Positions 22,461 to 36,600 of a DNA stretch of 62,892 nucleotides are shown piece after piece. Origin of the DNA: Ginglymostoma cirratum (taxonomy: Eukaryota); contig JAHRHZ010000017.1 of assembly GCA_024137785.1 (NCBI GenBank), positions 7,600,722 to 7,663,613 on the forward strand, in the 5' to 3' direction. Under the pieces are notes generated by a model. It did not search any database. It was not told the DNA's origin and saw only the letters and a list, made by a program, of their open reading frames with translations. The translations under genes were made by a program, and so were the position numbers. Each line of letters opens with the position of its first letter. Position 1 is the first letter of the stretch.

Positions 22461-25400
22461 TACATGTTTCGTTAGTTTAGTGTTATATTGCGAACATTTA
22501 CCGTGAAGTGATAATGGCTGGGCTATCCTGAATATCAGAGGAATCCAAACCCAAATCTCAGATTTTGCAGGTCTGTCGCTAGTTTAATGGTCCCCGGAAG
22601 CAAGAGCACTTTAACAACGATACATTTATTTTCCCAGAAAGCTCCTATTGCTTTCGCATTCACTGTACATGGCGACTAAAAAGGGAGAATGCGAGTCGCG
22701 AATAATGGTATGGAACGCACGATTCAGCATCCAGCTATCTGTAATCGTGGAACGGCATACATCACATTTTAACGATAGATAGCGCTGTTTTATGCATTTG
22801 CGCAGACCTTTCGAAACGCAGTCAAGATATCTTCATTATTTAATCTTTCAAACAGAGTCTTTTGGACTTTATTATTTTTAATTTGAGGATGGTGTCCGAA
22901 GTAAACCCAGTTAGTTACTTATCGATAATGCCTCGGGGAAGAGTTCGTGGTTGAAGGTACCAATAAATTTTTGCTGTCAAACAGTCATATGCCGTGTTTT
23001 TTTTTGGTTAAGGACAGGTGTATAAAAGGTGCAGTGAAATATCCAATGATTTAACATTTCTGCAACATCACACGATGCAGTTCCGAACACAAAAAAAACT
23101 TAATGGTGATGTTTTAAAAACAACAGATCATCACTTGTATCCGTGAAGCGTGGAAAGTGATGAGAAATCGATTGAGGGATCGTTAACTTTCTGTACAGAT
23201 GTTTTACAATTAAATCTGAAGGGGCTTTCCCACTGAACGGTCACTAGAGGCTCGTGGCCCGTTTTACATCACGAGGTGATAGTTTAGTCGCTTTGGGTTT
23301 AATTAAGACGCGGTCTGTTGTTTAAATCCCCATGTAACTGATCTCACCATGCTTCCAATTCAGGTTCAATAAATCACAGCCGCATTTGTCCTATTCAGCT
23401 TGCATAAAATGATGTTTTCTGAAGTAAAACCGTTTTGGTCAGCTTTTCCCAATAAAAGGAAATGCCCACAGAACACAAACTACGTAAGCCGCTGTAAAAA
23501 GTGTTTCAGAATTAGACATCAAACTAAACAAAGAATTTTCTATCCAGTTTGCCGTGTTGCTGCAACATAGTGTGATCAATAATGTAATATTGATTATACA
23601 TTATGTTATTATAAAGGGCATGTTAATATGTTAATACTGTTAATATGTGTTTTTTGTTTGGTTAAGGACAGGTGTAAAAGGTGCACTGTTAATATGTACC
23701 TCAAATCACATTTAGTCACACCGACTCGTGTTTAATTTGGAGATGGCTGAGAATGTTTGGTTTCTTCCTGGCTTCCCTCCATTGCTCCTAAAAGTCATCA
23801 TTCATGATGGGAATGTGGTTCTAAGGCATCCACTAATCTCCCGTCCGAATGGCATTTTTTGAATCCAGACACAAAGTGCAGATTCATTTAAATCTAAGGG
23901 GAAAAGAAAATGCTGCAGATTTTGATTATGCTCTTCGGTCTGACACCCCTTGACTTCTGTCCAGCAGGAGTCATTGGACTGATTTATTTATCTCATTGGC
24001 TGGCACGTGGGTTGTCAATCCTCTAGGAATGTTTTAGCATCTCCAGAAAATAAAGACTGTTCTCTTGGATGCTGCTGGGAGCCAACTGAGAGGGGAAAGT
24101 AAAACTCAAATGCATTAATGAAAGCGTTCATTTCTGTCATTTTCTTTGATTTTTTTTATTAACTACTTCTGAAGACATTGGATATGAACAAACTGAGCGT
24201 TTAACTGTTTAAATTGAAACATGAAGTCATAAAATGAAACATTTGGTAATAGGCCCAAAAGGAGTTGGTGCATTGGGCATTAGTCCTAAATCAACTGGAC
24301 AAAAAAGTGTTGCATGTGTAGTTGCCATTGGATACTGATTGGGCTTTGGAAAGTTGTCTCAGTTCCTCTTTCACACAAAGAATCTTGTTTCACTTACACT
24401 TGACTGACCACCAATAATTGATTAACTCAGCACTGACACAACTTCAAACTTTCCTGCTTTTACGGCTTCATCCTACCATGAGGTGAATTTATGCTTAATG
24501 TCATTGGGGCAGTCTGTCTGCTCAAATTTGCAATGTAATTTATAAGGGAGCAGATTACCAGCATCATGAAGCAATCAATTCATGTATGAATTCTAAAGAG
24601 TATGAGCTAAGTCTATGTTTATCAGCTATCATTTGAAATAAGATATCATTACTTTCAGAGATTGTTCTAAATGTTCACATTTATATTATGTAGTGTAGCA
24701 GCAAATTACGGCCATATTGAGTTTATATATAGTTCATTAATTGGATTGCGTGTTTATAAATGACCCAAAAAGATATAGAGATTTATGCCAGTATTCCAAT
24801 AAGCACAACCAAGTAACATGGTTCCTTTATAATGCAATAGTATTAACATAACCTTTCATTTCTACCCCAGCTTTTAGATATTGTTACAACCAGGTGAAAA
24901 GAGATTATCAGCTCCATTCTTTTTAAACCCTTCTCAGTCCATCACAAGAAATATTTCTCTTTTTGGCACATAGATATCACATTTCAATTAAACATAACTA
25001 TCCAGATCAAAAAATGATGGGGAGATAATTCTGACACTTTCTTGAGTGAGTGTAGAACTCTATTCCCTTTTAAATCTGAGAATCATAACAAGTATCAAAC
25101 ATCTACACAGATCACACCACAAAAAGAAAAGGGAGGGAGGTCTACACAGGCAGCAAGGTACACACTATTGCAGTTTAAAATTTTTAAAATACTTGAGTTT
25201 CAAGGGTGAAAGCTGAGACCAATCATTTAGCTGCTTCCTCAGGAGTGGTGAAGCTACAGATAGCATTATTCACGAAGCAATTGAGCTTTTTTTTCCAAAT
25301 TGTTATCCATCAGTATTAATATTTGAGATTGTAAGTGAGATTGAGAGAGAGAGGAAAGAGATTTCAGTATCCTCACTGTTATCAGTCCACGTTGCTTTCT

Positions 25401-27076
25401 TTCCACGTCATTGCTCAAATCAAGTGACTAAAACAGTTTTTCTTTTATCTAAGTCTAGTTCCTTTTAAAAGTTAAAGCTTTCTTTTACAAAAATATGTAG
25501 TTATCAAATCACTATGCAAAACAAAGATGTGAATTTCTTGATACTACATGGAGTTTTTGTGCCTCCTGATTAAAATGGTTATCTCAATGTAGTCAGTTTT
25601 ATATATTCCATCTGTGTTGCCTCTGCTTGTCAGCTTATAATAGCAGCCATTTTAGGTCAATATCTTCCCTTTTCAACATTATATTTAGTGATTTTTTTTA
25701 GTCTCGGATACTGCAAACAAATTATGGGCAATGAAATCACTACTCCACGTTTACCATTATCATGAGAAGGTATTTTGTTACATTTGTATTTATTTTTCCT
25801 AATTAAAACATCCACAATATAAATTCATACATCTAAAGTTAATACTGAAATGCTGTATGTCAATTGCAAGAACTGCAGCGATAAACTGCTAACATAGAGT
25901 CTGGGCACCAGGTAGTTCTGCACACCTAATTTTTTATCTGTCAAAGACAGTCTTGCCACCATATTAGTTATTTTCTGATACATTTTTAACCCTAGCTTCT
26001 TGTTTCTCGTAGATTCTATCAAATTGAGTGCTTCCTTTATCTTTACAGATTTCAGCATCTGCAGAAGTTTGCCTTCTGTTTTATTGTCTAGTTTGTATTA
26101 ACAGAATTATACATTGGTAATATTTGATAAAGATTGTATTGGTGTATGGCATAGTGACAAAAAAAGCACTGTTGCACAGAAGACAAGATAGCAATAGATG
26201 AGAAAGGCATTTCAGCCCAATAGATCAAAACCATTCAAAAAGTTAAATCTAAGTATTTCCCTTATTACGTGGGATTAGGAGATATGGAGGATCAAGAAGA
26301 TTTAGGCACTGTTACAACAATGGTAAACAAGAACTACCAATATTCAAATTCTGTCACTTGATTATAATATCCAAGAATTTCATGGATTAAAGTGAACTTT
26401 AAAAAGGACGAAGACTGATCAAAAATAGCTGCTGTACTCACCGGACCACACTTTGTGAAACCATGTCGGTACACAAATTCTGAATTTGCCGAAGTTACTA
26501 TTTCATCCAAAGATAGTGAAATCAGCCAATGAAGTAAACATCAAAACATTTGCACCTTTTGTCAAATAACACTTGCATGATAAGTTTGCATATTGGGAGA
26601 TAAAGTTTGATGGTGGAGCATTTTGCTTGGAAAAACAACAAGGCTGTACTCAAGAACGTGAAAATTAACCTAATATCAGTAGCTTGCTTGGTAGAGCAGA
26701 GTAAAAAAAATGAATTAATAACAACATGAAGCTAGAAGTCTCTCTCCCCCATCTTTCTTAACTTCAGAACAGCCCCTGATAAATAAGCAACTTATCATGA
26801 CATTCATTCACCAAGAAGTCAAGCACTATAAATTTCACCACTGCTGCAAAATATGAGTCAGCAGTTAGACAACTGGTTTCAGGTATAAAACCTAACATCT
26901 CCAAGACTCATAGGGTCTTTTTTAAAAAATGTGTAATCTATTCTTCCTGTACACATGAAACATCTTCTCCTTTTAAAAGTTATTATCTATGTTTGATGTC
27001 ATGTCTAGTATTACTTGGAATTAGAATTCAACAGCATTTCTTTTTCTTTCATTCAAGGAAACCTTAAAATTTGGCT

Positions 27077-27108
27077 TTCTGTGTTCATCCAGCTCCACAC
27101 CTTGTTAT
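27077..27108 (+). mobile_element. Very short (32 bp) 5'-truncated subfamily B insertion with 14-bp TSD
   Basis: ttctgtgttcatccagctccacaccttgttat flanked by cttaaaatttggct at 27063-27076 and 27109-27122. Confidence 0.85.
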
Positions 27109-29404
27109 CTTAAAATTTGGCTCCTTCATTTTAACCTAGTTAATTGTATCTCAATCGAAGCATGATAGCTAAACACTTAAAAAAAATGTTTTGTTGTCAC
27201 TTACCGAGAGAAATTAAAAAGAGGGAAACTAATTCTTCCTCCCACCTTGTTGTAAAATTATGCTCATGTACATAAGTCACCAATGGTTAGAGAAAAGGTA
27301 CAAAAGGTAACCAAAGAGATGAAAGGCATGTTGCTATTCATCTCAAAAGGTTTAAATTAAAAAAATGAGGAGTCATTTTATATTATTATCTGGATTATAA
27401 CTTTCAATTCTGGACATTGCACCTGTCAAAGATTTATTGACCTGGGAAGGATTACGGTACATATTTACTTGACTTTAAACTGTTGTAATACATGCAAACT
27501 TTGAGTAGAAGCCCATGCCAATGCCTGTAGATGAGAATTGGGCCTCATGCGTTTACAGACTAGGGTGATGTACCGATGGTTTGTCATGTACTTCCTTTAC
27601 ATCAGTGTCCATGTTTTGACCTAGGCTTTATTTCACTAACTGACTTTTAAGGAACATGAATCAATGCAATATTACCAGATTAATTAATCAATGTATTCAT
27701 ATCAAACTCCTTTGCTCACTATTGCAGAGGAGACATTAGCATACTTTTTAAAGTAGGGTTAATGTCTCAGTAAAAGTCATTAGCCAGAAAATAGCAAAGC
27801 TTTGACTCTAGATGAGTAGAAGTTTCTTGATCTCTGTAAAGTCAGTTCAAACATTTGGAAATTCACTTTAAATGATTGTGAAATAAAGTTTGAAGCAACT
27901 GATCAAAGCTGCCTTTCACAACATTAAAATGTTCATTCTGCTGGTAAGAGTTCACACTAGAATAGATTATGCATGCTTCATTAGCAAAGTTCACTGTCTA
28001 ACAGAATGACTTTATCTGCTGCTACTGGCAATTGCTAACCAATTGCAATGAACCAGATGAATAATGGGAAATTGCTTTATTATGGCACTCAGCATGCACA
28101 ATCCATTTTAATAAACCCAAGCCTCAAAATTCATTGTCCTGGAGAGATACAAAAACCAGACACTGGAGGTGATTGCACATTCATTGTTGCTTTAAACACC
28201 GGGCAGTATGGAGAAAGGAGTCAAGTCAAAAGAAGTAGTACAGTTATAACATTGGATGACTTGATATGCATGGAGAAGTTGACTTTATGTATCAGGGTCA
28301 AGTCACCTGGGTCATATGTAAATGAGGAACAGGTTGGACAATGGATAGATGGACAATGGATGGCTTTAGGGCTAGCTGAGGTGTTGTTTCGGAGCTGGGA
28401 AGAAAAGTAATTGTCAGAAATCCTCTGGCCACATTTGAATAGGTATATACAATTAAATGAAAGCATTCTTGGACCCTTCAACGAGTGACTCCAGAGTCAA
28501 TGAGATCTTATGGCCTCAGATCAGATAAAATAAAAGCAGCTTCCTGCTGACTGTGCATTTTCTAGTAAATCAGTACTACTGCAATTTTAAAAGCTCTTTT
28601 TTAGAAAATGCTAAGAGAAGCAGGTCCCCCAGGTGGAGGACTTCAATGCCTTCAAAACTGTCAATTATCCAGTGTATTAGACAGCCTCTCAGGGAATTTC
28701 TGCATCTTAGATATTTTTAAAGGGTCTACCCTAAACTTCATGTAACATGGCAGACATCTGACATTAGGACAATGTAGACAGCCAAATTATGTTGTTGCCT
28801 CAATGAACACTGTGACTGACTCTTAGACTTGGAGACAATAATAATAAATAGTACGTCAATAAGTACTTAGAATGAAGTTCTTTAAGCTCTAGGCATGATT
28901 AGGATATTATGCTGGTTGTCAGGATACTTGGGGGAGAGACATGCAGGATGTGTTGCAAGTTGTCACACTGCAGGTTAGCACATAATAAGATGAAGCTTTT
29001 CCTGTTGACTTATGGTTAAGTGTTTGGTGATGGACTGAGAAAGGCCGAGAGTGCTCAAAAATATTGAGGTTCTGGTCAATTCCAGTTTTCCTACCTGATG
29101 GTATCCATTGGAAAAGTGAAGAAATTATTGGCCATGTTTTTGCCTTAATGCAGACAGGCAAAGCTGTTTGATTGATGTTGCCAATGTTTCCTCCTGCCTG
29201 GAATGTCTTGAGGCACAAAAATTCAGGGCCACAATTACTATTGGAGAAACAGGCAAGGACAAATGTGACAACTACAGGGCTGCAGATTTTTTTGTTGAGA
29301 ATTGTTCAAAGGACATGATCATCTGGCAAAGTCAGAACCTATTTCTCATTACAAATTTCCCTAGAGTATGAGGTGGTGAGCTGCCTTTTTGAAGACTGCG
29401 ATTA

Positions 29405-29765
29405 GTGGGGAGATGATTGTATAGTGGTAATTTCACTGGGTTAGTAATCTCGAATCCCAGGCTAATATTAGAGGCTTTGGGTTGAAATTCAGATGGCAAA
29501 TGTTTGAATTTCATTAAGAAAATCTAAAATTCAAAGCTGCTTTAATGGCGCCATGTAACCATTGTCAATTACTGCCTTAAAAATATAAATGTGGTTTACT
29601 AATGTCTTTTAGCAAAGGAAATCTACTATCCTTACCTAATCTGGCCTACATGTAACTCTAGACTCACAAAAAAGTAGTTGACTCTTAACTGTCCTTTGGG
29701 AAATCAATGATGAGCAATAAATGCTGGCCTAGCCCTCAATGCCTACGTCCTATGAGCAATTAAAA
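29405..29765 (+). mobile_element. SacSINE1/DeuSINE-like SINE
   Basis: tRNA-like head (tagtggtaat..gggttgaaattc), Deu-like core ggtttactaatgtcttttagcaaaggaaatctactatccttacctaatctggcctacatgtaactctagac, and LINE-type tail gcaataaatgctggcctagcc. Confidence 0.7.
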
Positions 29766-29769
29766 AAAA

Positions 29770-30950
29770 TCCATATGGGGCAGATACATCATCAATTCTA
29801 TTAGGGACAGAGATCCAGAATCTTGATCCAATGATAGTGAAACAGCAACAATATATTTCCCAGTTAGATAGCATATGCAGGCAGTGGTGTTGCAATGTGT
29901 CTGCTGTCCTTGTTTCTCTAGATGGTAGAGGTTTTGAGTTTGGAAGGAGCTTTGGTAAATTGCTGCTCTGCATTTTGTAGATGGTTAATAATTCTACTGT
30001 GCACTAGTCATGGAGGAAGTAAATGCTTCAGATAGTGGATGGCAGACTGATCAAATTGGGTGCTTTACCTTGAATGCTGTCAATCTTCCTCAGTGATACT
30101 GCAGCTGCACAGATCCAAGGAAGTGTAAAATATTTTATCACTTTCCTGATTTGTGCCTTGTACACAATGGATAGGCAGAGAGGAGGTGAGCTTATTCCTG
30201 CAAAATTCCTGTTCTCTGACCTGCTCTTGGAACCATGGTATTTATATGACTCATTTAGTTAATTTTTTCATCAGTTGTAACTTTCAGAATATTGACATCA
30301 TGAATTTCATGACGTTAATGTCATTGAATTCAAGGACTGATATTTAGAATCTTTCTTTTTGGAGAGAATCATTACCTGCACTCTGCACTATGAATATTAC
30401 GTGTCACTTAGCAGTTTAAATCTGAATACTGTGCAGAATTGGGTCATCTGGGTATGGACTGCTTCAGTATCTGATGAGCCATGAATCGTACTGAGCACTG
30501 TACAGTAATCAGTGAACATCCCCACTTCAAACCTTATTACCCAAGAAAGATCATTGATAAAGCAACAGAGGATGACTTGGCTTAGAACACCAGTTGAGGA
30601 ACTTCTGCAGTGAAGTTCAGGGGCAGGGATGTTATGGTTTCCAACAACGGCAACCATCTTTCTTTTTGGTAACTGTGACTTCAAACAGTGGTTAGTTTGT
30701 ACCTTATTCCTAATGACCACAGTCTTGCTATTGCTCCTTAATGGTTCACTTGATCAAATGTCTTGATGTCAAGGATATCACTCTCACCTCACCTTTGGAA
30801 TTCATTTTGTCTGCATTGTCCATACTGATAGCTGAAATCTGTGATGAAACTTAAACAGTGCATCAGGTTATTGTTGAGTTAATGATACTTGAAATCACTA
30901 TTTCTGAAATCTTTCTTTACTTTGCTAATGATTGAGAGTTGACTGATGAT
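29770..30950 (-). mobile_element. Decayed L2/CR1-clade LINE 3' portion
   Basis: ORF 30720-30397 resembles RT motifs (VLSQVILCCFINDL..VGMFTDYCTV, from LGPxxFxxFINDL..FADD). Confidence 0.65.
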
Positions 30951-31279
30951 TCAGTACTTGGTTAGAAAGCATTATTTGAAGAGGGAAAAAAATGCAGGGT
31001 TATAGGGCAAAGCTAAGATGTGGGATTAGCTGGATTAGGTTTTTGGTGACCTGGCACAAATACAACAAGAATTAAGGCCTCCTTTTGTGTTGCTTCCATT
31101 CTATGATTCTTCCACAATTACATCACACACAGCATACTAAGTCATTTTAGGAAATTTTAAACAAGCTATGTGTGCTTTGATCGTGCGAGAAATGGAAGTT
31201 GGGCCCTTTGTACATTCAATGGCCTAATGCTTGAAATATGCTCCTCTGTAAGATTAATTTGTTTAGTGTTTGATCACAA

Positions 31280-32240
31280 ATGTGTTAATGAGTTAAATGA
31301 GGAAACTCAATGTCACATTTCCAAGAATGCAGATGACAAAAAAATTGGGTGGGAAGGTGAGCTTTGAGGTAGAATGCAAAGATGCTTCAATGTGATTTGG
31401 GCAAATTGAAGGAGTGGGCAAATGCATAGCAGACAAAGTATAATGTGGATAAATGTGAGGATATCCACTTTAACAAAAACAGGAAGGTAGATTATTATTT
31501 GGATTGTAACAGATTGTGAAAGTGGGAGGTGCAACAATATTTGTATACCAGTCGCTGAAAGTCAGGAGGCAGTGAAAAGCCAAATGCTATGTTGGCCTTC
31601 ATAGTGAGATGATTTAAGTACAGGAACAGGGATTTCTTGCTTCAAATATATGGGGCTTTGGCGAGACCACACTTAGAGTTTTGTGTGCAGGATTGAATTC
31701 CTTATCTGAGGAGCGATATTCTGGCTTTGAAGAGAGTGCAACAACAGTACAACAAAATCAGGTTGATTGCTGAGATGTTAGGACTGACATATGAAAAAAG
31801 TATTGGTTCATTTGGGATATATTCGCCGGAGTTTTGAATAACGGGAGTTTCTCATTTAAAACTTTAAAATTCTAGTAGGACTAGACTGGGTAAATGCAGG
31901 AAGGATGTTCCCAACGACTGAATTAATGACCAGGGATCACAGTGTAAAGAAACAAGTCAGGTCACTTATGACTGTGTTGAGGAGAAACTTCTTCACCAAA
32001 TGAGTGGTGAGTCTACGGAGTTTATTTGCACACAAAGCAGTTGAGGCCAAAACATCAAATGTTTTCAAGAAGGAGTTAGATATGGTTCTTAGTGTTAAAA
32101 GGGATGAAAAGGTACAGTGACAAAATAGGAGCAGGATGCTTAAATTGATAATCAGCCATGAGGGGATCATATTGAATGGTAGAGCTGGCTTGCAGGGTTG
32201 AATGGCCTAACCCTTCTCCCTTTTTTCTATGCTTCTATTT
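31280..32240 (+). mobile_element. CR1 LINE 3' fragment
   Basis: ISKNADDKKIG (FADDTK), LARPHLEFCVQ-like motif and CR1 3' UTR gggttgaatggcctaacccttct..tctatgcttctat. Confidence 0.8.
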
Positions 32241-33584
32241 TTGAAGCAGCCCATTGCACTTAGTAAAACCAATCCTAGGGTTGACCTGCAAAACAAAGTC
32301 AGTAACCTTTGAGAATATCGAGCAGGAAGGGCACTCTTCCTCTTCTTATCTCCATATTAAAAGAACCAACCATGCCACTTCCAAGATTTTCTCTCTTCCT
32401 TACCCATGGTGTCTTCCTTACAATGGACAACCTTTTCTCCAGAACTCTGATTCAATTCATATCCAGCTCCGTGATTTTCAGACCATTAATCACTGCTCTG
32501 ACCTTCAGTCTAATCATATCTTATCTGCTTCCCCAGACCTGATCCTAGACCCATTCCTTACTTGAGTGTCATATGATGTTCGCAGCGGCACATTATTACC
32601 ACCACTCAATTGACAGACTGTGCTGCTATGTTGGTTCCAATACAACAAGACCAAGTGCCCAATATCTTATAATATCAATGCAGTAAGTTACCTGAACATG
32701 ACAACTAAAGATATACACTACAAAATCTATACCCAAAGATATCATTAAAAAAAACTGACTTTGGATGATCACATATTTGATGAAGTCCCACAATTTCAAT
32801 CTATCAACTTTTCATTCTCTAATCAGTTTTTAATCATAAGGCAATTGATGAATACTGCATCAATTGATTATTCATCAATTGATGAATACTGCAGTGCAAC
32901 ATCTTGCAACAAATCCCATGATTTACTGATGCAAAACAATTCACAACTTTAAACCAGTTAACACAATTTACTGCTTGAGTACTGTAAATTGCCATTAAAA
33001 TGTTCCAAAGCAAAGCCTGTGTAAATGCTAGATTCAGACCAAAACTGTCTATTATAAATAACTTGCTCTACTGATGATGTACAAAAATACAAAAGTTTGA
33101 TTCAAGCTTTAGATATTACTCAAGTATCCAGTTTTATTACGCAGCACTCTAACTACAACTAATCAACTGTCAGCTTTAATAAGACCACAAGGCTATGAAA
33201 ATGGAAACAATCGTTTGTAAAAGATATCTCTTTCATAAATCTTTCTACAGTTTTATAAAACTGAACTGCAGAATAAACACTGTGGTTCAAAGTTTTGTAA
33301 ATTATCTCTATTTTCATCGGGATGTTAAGGAATTTTAATCTCATCAAAATCTTTATTCAGGCGCAGTGTTTCCTGCAAAGAAATGAGTACTCAATCTTGT
33401 GGCTCGATAAATGAAAATGCATCAGCATGAAGTTACATATGTTTATTGAAAAAAATGTCATATTTTGAATTTGTTACTTTCCATCAAAGGAGGCAAAATT
33501 CATATAAACTTGATTTTTAATGGGCACTTAAAAATCAAATTAAACAAGCTATTCAACGTTAACCTTCGCTTAGGATTTGAATGC

Positions 33585-35750
33585 AACAAAGGCTCACCCA
33601 GTCCCGTCGACTCTGCAAAGTCCACTCACTAGTATCTGGAGATGTATCAAACTTGGGAGAGGTATTCCACTGATGAATCTGGCATAGCTTTATATTGTCA
33701 TAACCACAGAATTAAACCTATCTGCTAATATCCCAGATTCATCCATCATCATCTTTGAATATGTCCTACCCAACTGACAGAAGTGACCTATCAGAAGTGG
33801 TGGCCCTAGAATTTCACAATATTGATTCCAGATCCCGTGATGTTTCACATCATTGTGTTAAACATGGGCAAGGAAACTGTTGATTACCATACGCTGCCTT
33901 CCAAGGTGCGATCAATCCACAATTTACATGTGATAATCACTTTGAAGAAGCATTGACGGTGGAAAGGATGCAGAATATGCTCTAATTTGTGTATTTCAAC
34001 CTCCATAGAGAGTGAGTCACCAGATCCATTACTGAATGAGCTGGCTCAGTCCTGAAGGACATTGCTTCTTTAGCCATCAGAAAGGGCCTGCAGCATGTGG
34101 GAAAAAAATACATTGAGAGGGAATAAATCTCTTAACTTTGTCCTTGGTCAATTTGTTGGAAATGCATCTATTTGTGTTGGCTTAAGGAAGCATGACTGCT
34201 GCGCAGTCCTTGTGAAGCCCAATCTTCCCCTTGAAGATGCTGTCCATCATGTTGTACAGCACTGACACCACACTGAAGAAGACAGATTCAGATCATGTCT
34301 GAATTGGGAATTGGATGTCCTTGAGGTATTGTGAGCTTGCAGCAACAAAATTCTACATCAGTATTATCTGAAACTTCATGATTCAGCAAGTCCCTCTTCC
34401 TACCATTACAATCAAGTCACGGTACCAGCTCTTCTGTGATGAAGGGTACAGGACAGCATGCAACAGCTGACCAGGAATAGCAAGGCATGAGATATCATCC
34501 TAGCGAAGCTACAAGAAAGGAGTACATGCATGTTAAACAATGGAAATTGCATACTACGGGCATAGTTAAGTGACTTCATGGCTGATAGATTGGATCAGAT
34601 CTCTGTAGTCCTGTCATGTCTAGTCATGAATGCTGTGGGAGTTTATTTGAAAATTACTATGAGGATTATACTTTATGAACATCCACATTTTCAATTATGG
34701 CACAGCTCAGAAAATCATAGATCATAATACCAGCTCAGATGTACTGCTGACCAGCTGTGCTCCAGAATTAGCCTTGCCCCTAACCGAGCTGTTCTAGTAC
34801 AGCTACAAAAACTTGCATTAATTCAAAATGTAGAAGATTATTCCCTTATGTCTTGTCCAGGAGAAGCAGGATAAAGCAAGTCTAGCCAATTATCATACTG
34901 TCAGTCTACTTTTAATCAGGAGCAAAGTGATAGAAGTTATTGTTTATAGTACTACCAAACTTCTCAGCTCCATATCCTATTAGAAGCATGATTTCACCAT
35001 GGGAAAAAGAACTGAAGTCAAAAGGTAAAGTGAAAGTGACTTCCCTTGACATGAAAGCAGCATTTGACTGATGAGGAATCAAGGAGCCTTAGTTAAATTT
35101 AAGACAATGTGAATCAGGGTAAAGATGTCCACTGGTTTCAATTGTATCCAACACAAAGGAAAATAGTTGTTGGAGGCCAATCACCTCAGTCCCAAGACAT
35201 TGCTGCAGATGTTTCTCAGATAGTATTAGGTCCAGCCAGCTTTCAATACTTCATCAATGGTCATCCCTTCATCATAATATCAGAAGTGAGAATATTTGCT
35301 GGCGTTTACATAATATTCAGTTATATTTATAGCTCCATGCTAACCTGTAGTCAAGATCCATGCTATGATCCACCTTCACTCCTTCCACCTCAGGTACAGT
35401 GTGACAACAGTATGTATCTTTTACAAGATGCATTGTATCAAGTCACTAAGGCTCCTTCAACAACATCTTTTAAACCCATGGTGCCTACCAATGAGAAAGA
35501 TAAGGGCATCAGATGTATAACTGCACTAATACCTATATGTTCTCCTCCAATTTATACATTAACCTGAATTGGAACTCTATCCCCATTCTTTCACTGGGTT
35601 AATATTGTTGACCTCATTTCCTAACAGCATTATGAGTGTATTAACAATGTATAGACTAGAGTGGTTCAAGATAATAACTTACCACTATAATCCAACAGCA
35701 ATTTGGATGGGCGATAAATTCTAGCCTTATAATTCTCAAACCTCATGAAC
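33585..35750 (+). mobile_element. Long, heavily decayed L2/CR1-clade LINE (endonuclease, RT and tail)
   Basis: Same family as 535-2790. RT remnant LGPASFQYFINGHP..VRIFAG in ORF 35109-35567; tail ttggatgggcgataaattctagcc at about 35703. Confidence 0.6.
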
Positions 35751-35774
35751 AAAGAAAAATTCCCATTTGAAACC

Positions 35775-36600
35775 CACAGTTAAACTTACCTCTACCATAT
35801 TCTCAGGCAGTGCATTCCAGATCCTAACCATTTGGAATGTGCAAAGTTTTTTTCCATGTGTCACAGCTGGTATTTTTGCCAACTAACTTAAATCAGTGTC
35901 CTCTAATTCTGAGCTTTCTGTCAATGGAAACATTTTTTTTCTCTCTGTTCTAACTGGACTTTTTATCATTTAGAACTCCTCTATCTAATCTGTTTTTGAG
36001 GGAGAATAGTCAAAACCTCAGCAAGTGGTCCAAGTGTAATTTCTCAGCCTGGTAGCTTTGTTTTTCATCTTTTCTACACCCTCTCTGTTGCCTTCATATC
36101 CTTCCTAAAGGATTGCTCCCAGAATAGGACACAATGTTTCAGTTGAGGCTGTTTTCTTAACTTGCCAAGGCATGATCACTGATTTGTTCATATATACCTA
36201 CAGGTACCCCTGCTCTTGCCCCACCTTTAGAAATGTATCCTTTATTCTATATTGCCTTTGCTCACTATTCTGATATGGAATGTATCATTTTACATTTCTT
36301 TACATTCCACTTCATCAGCCACATGTCTATCCATTCAACCAGAATATCTATGCACCCTTGAATTCTACCACTATCCTCCTCACAGTTTACAATTCTTCAG
36401 AATTTTGAGTCATGTTTCAATTTTGAAATTTATACCCAATATCCAAGTCTAGGTCTGTAATAAATTTCCTAATAGCAATTTTTTGGGAGTCCACTATACA
36501 TCCCACCAGTTCAAATAAATAACTATTCACCACAATTTTATGTTTTCTGTCACCAGCTATGTATCTCAGCTGCCTTTTCCCCCATTTTTTATTCCAAGCC
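35775..36600 (-). mobile_element. Decayed CR1 LINE fragment
   Basis: tctcaggcagtgcattccagatcctaacca..cccagaataggacacaatgtttcagttgagg is the reverse complement of CR1 3' coding sequence. Confidence 0.6.

Noticed and set aside
24882-25782. Possible solo LTRs (also about 39542-40770 and 47300-48165)
   Set aside because: LTR-like composition and TGTTA-type starts, but matching termini and TSDs could not be established.
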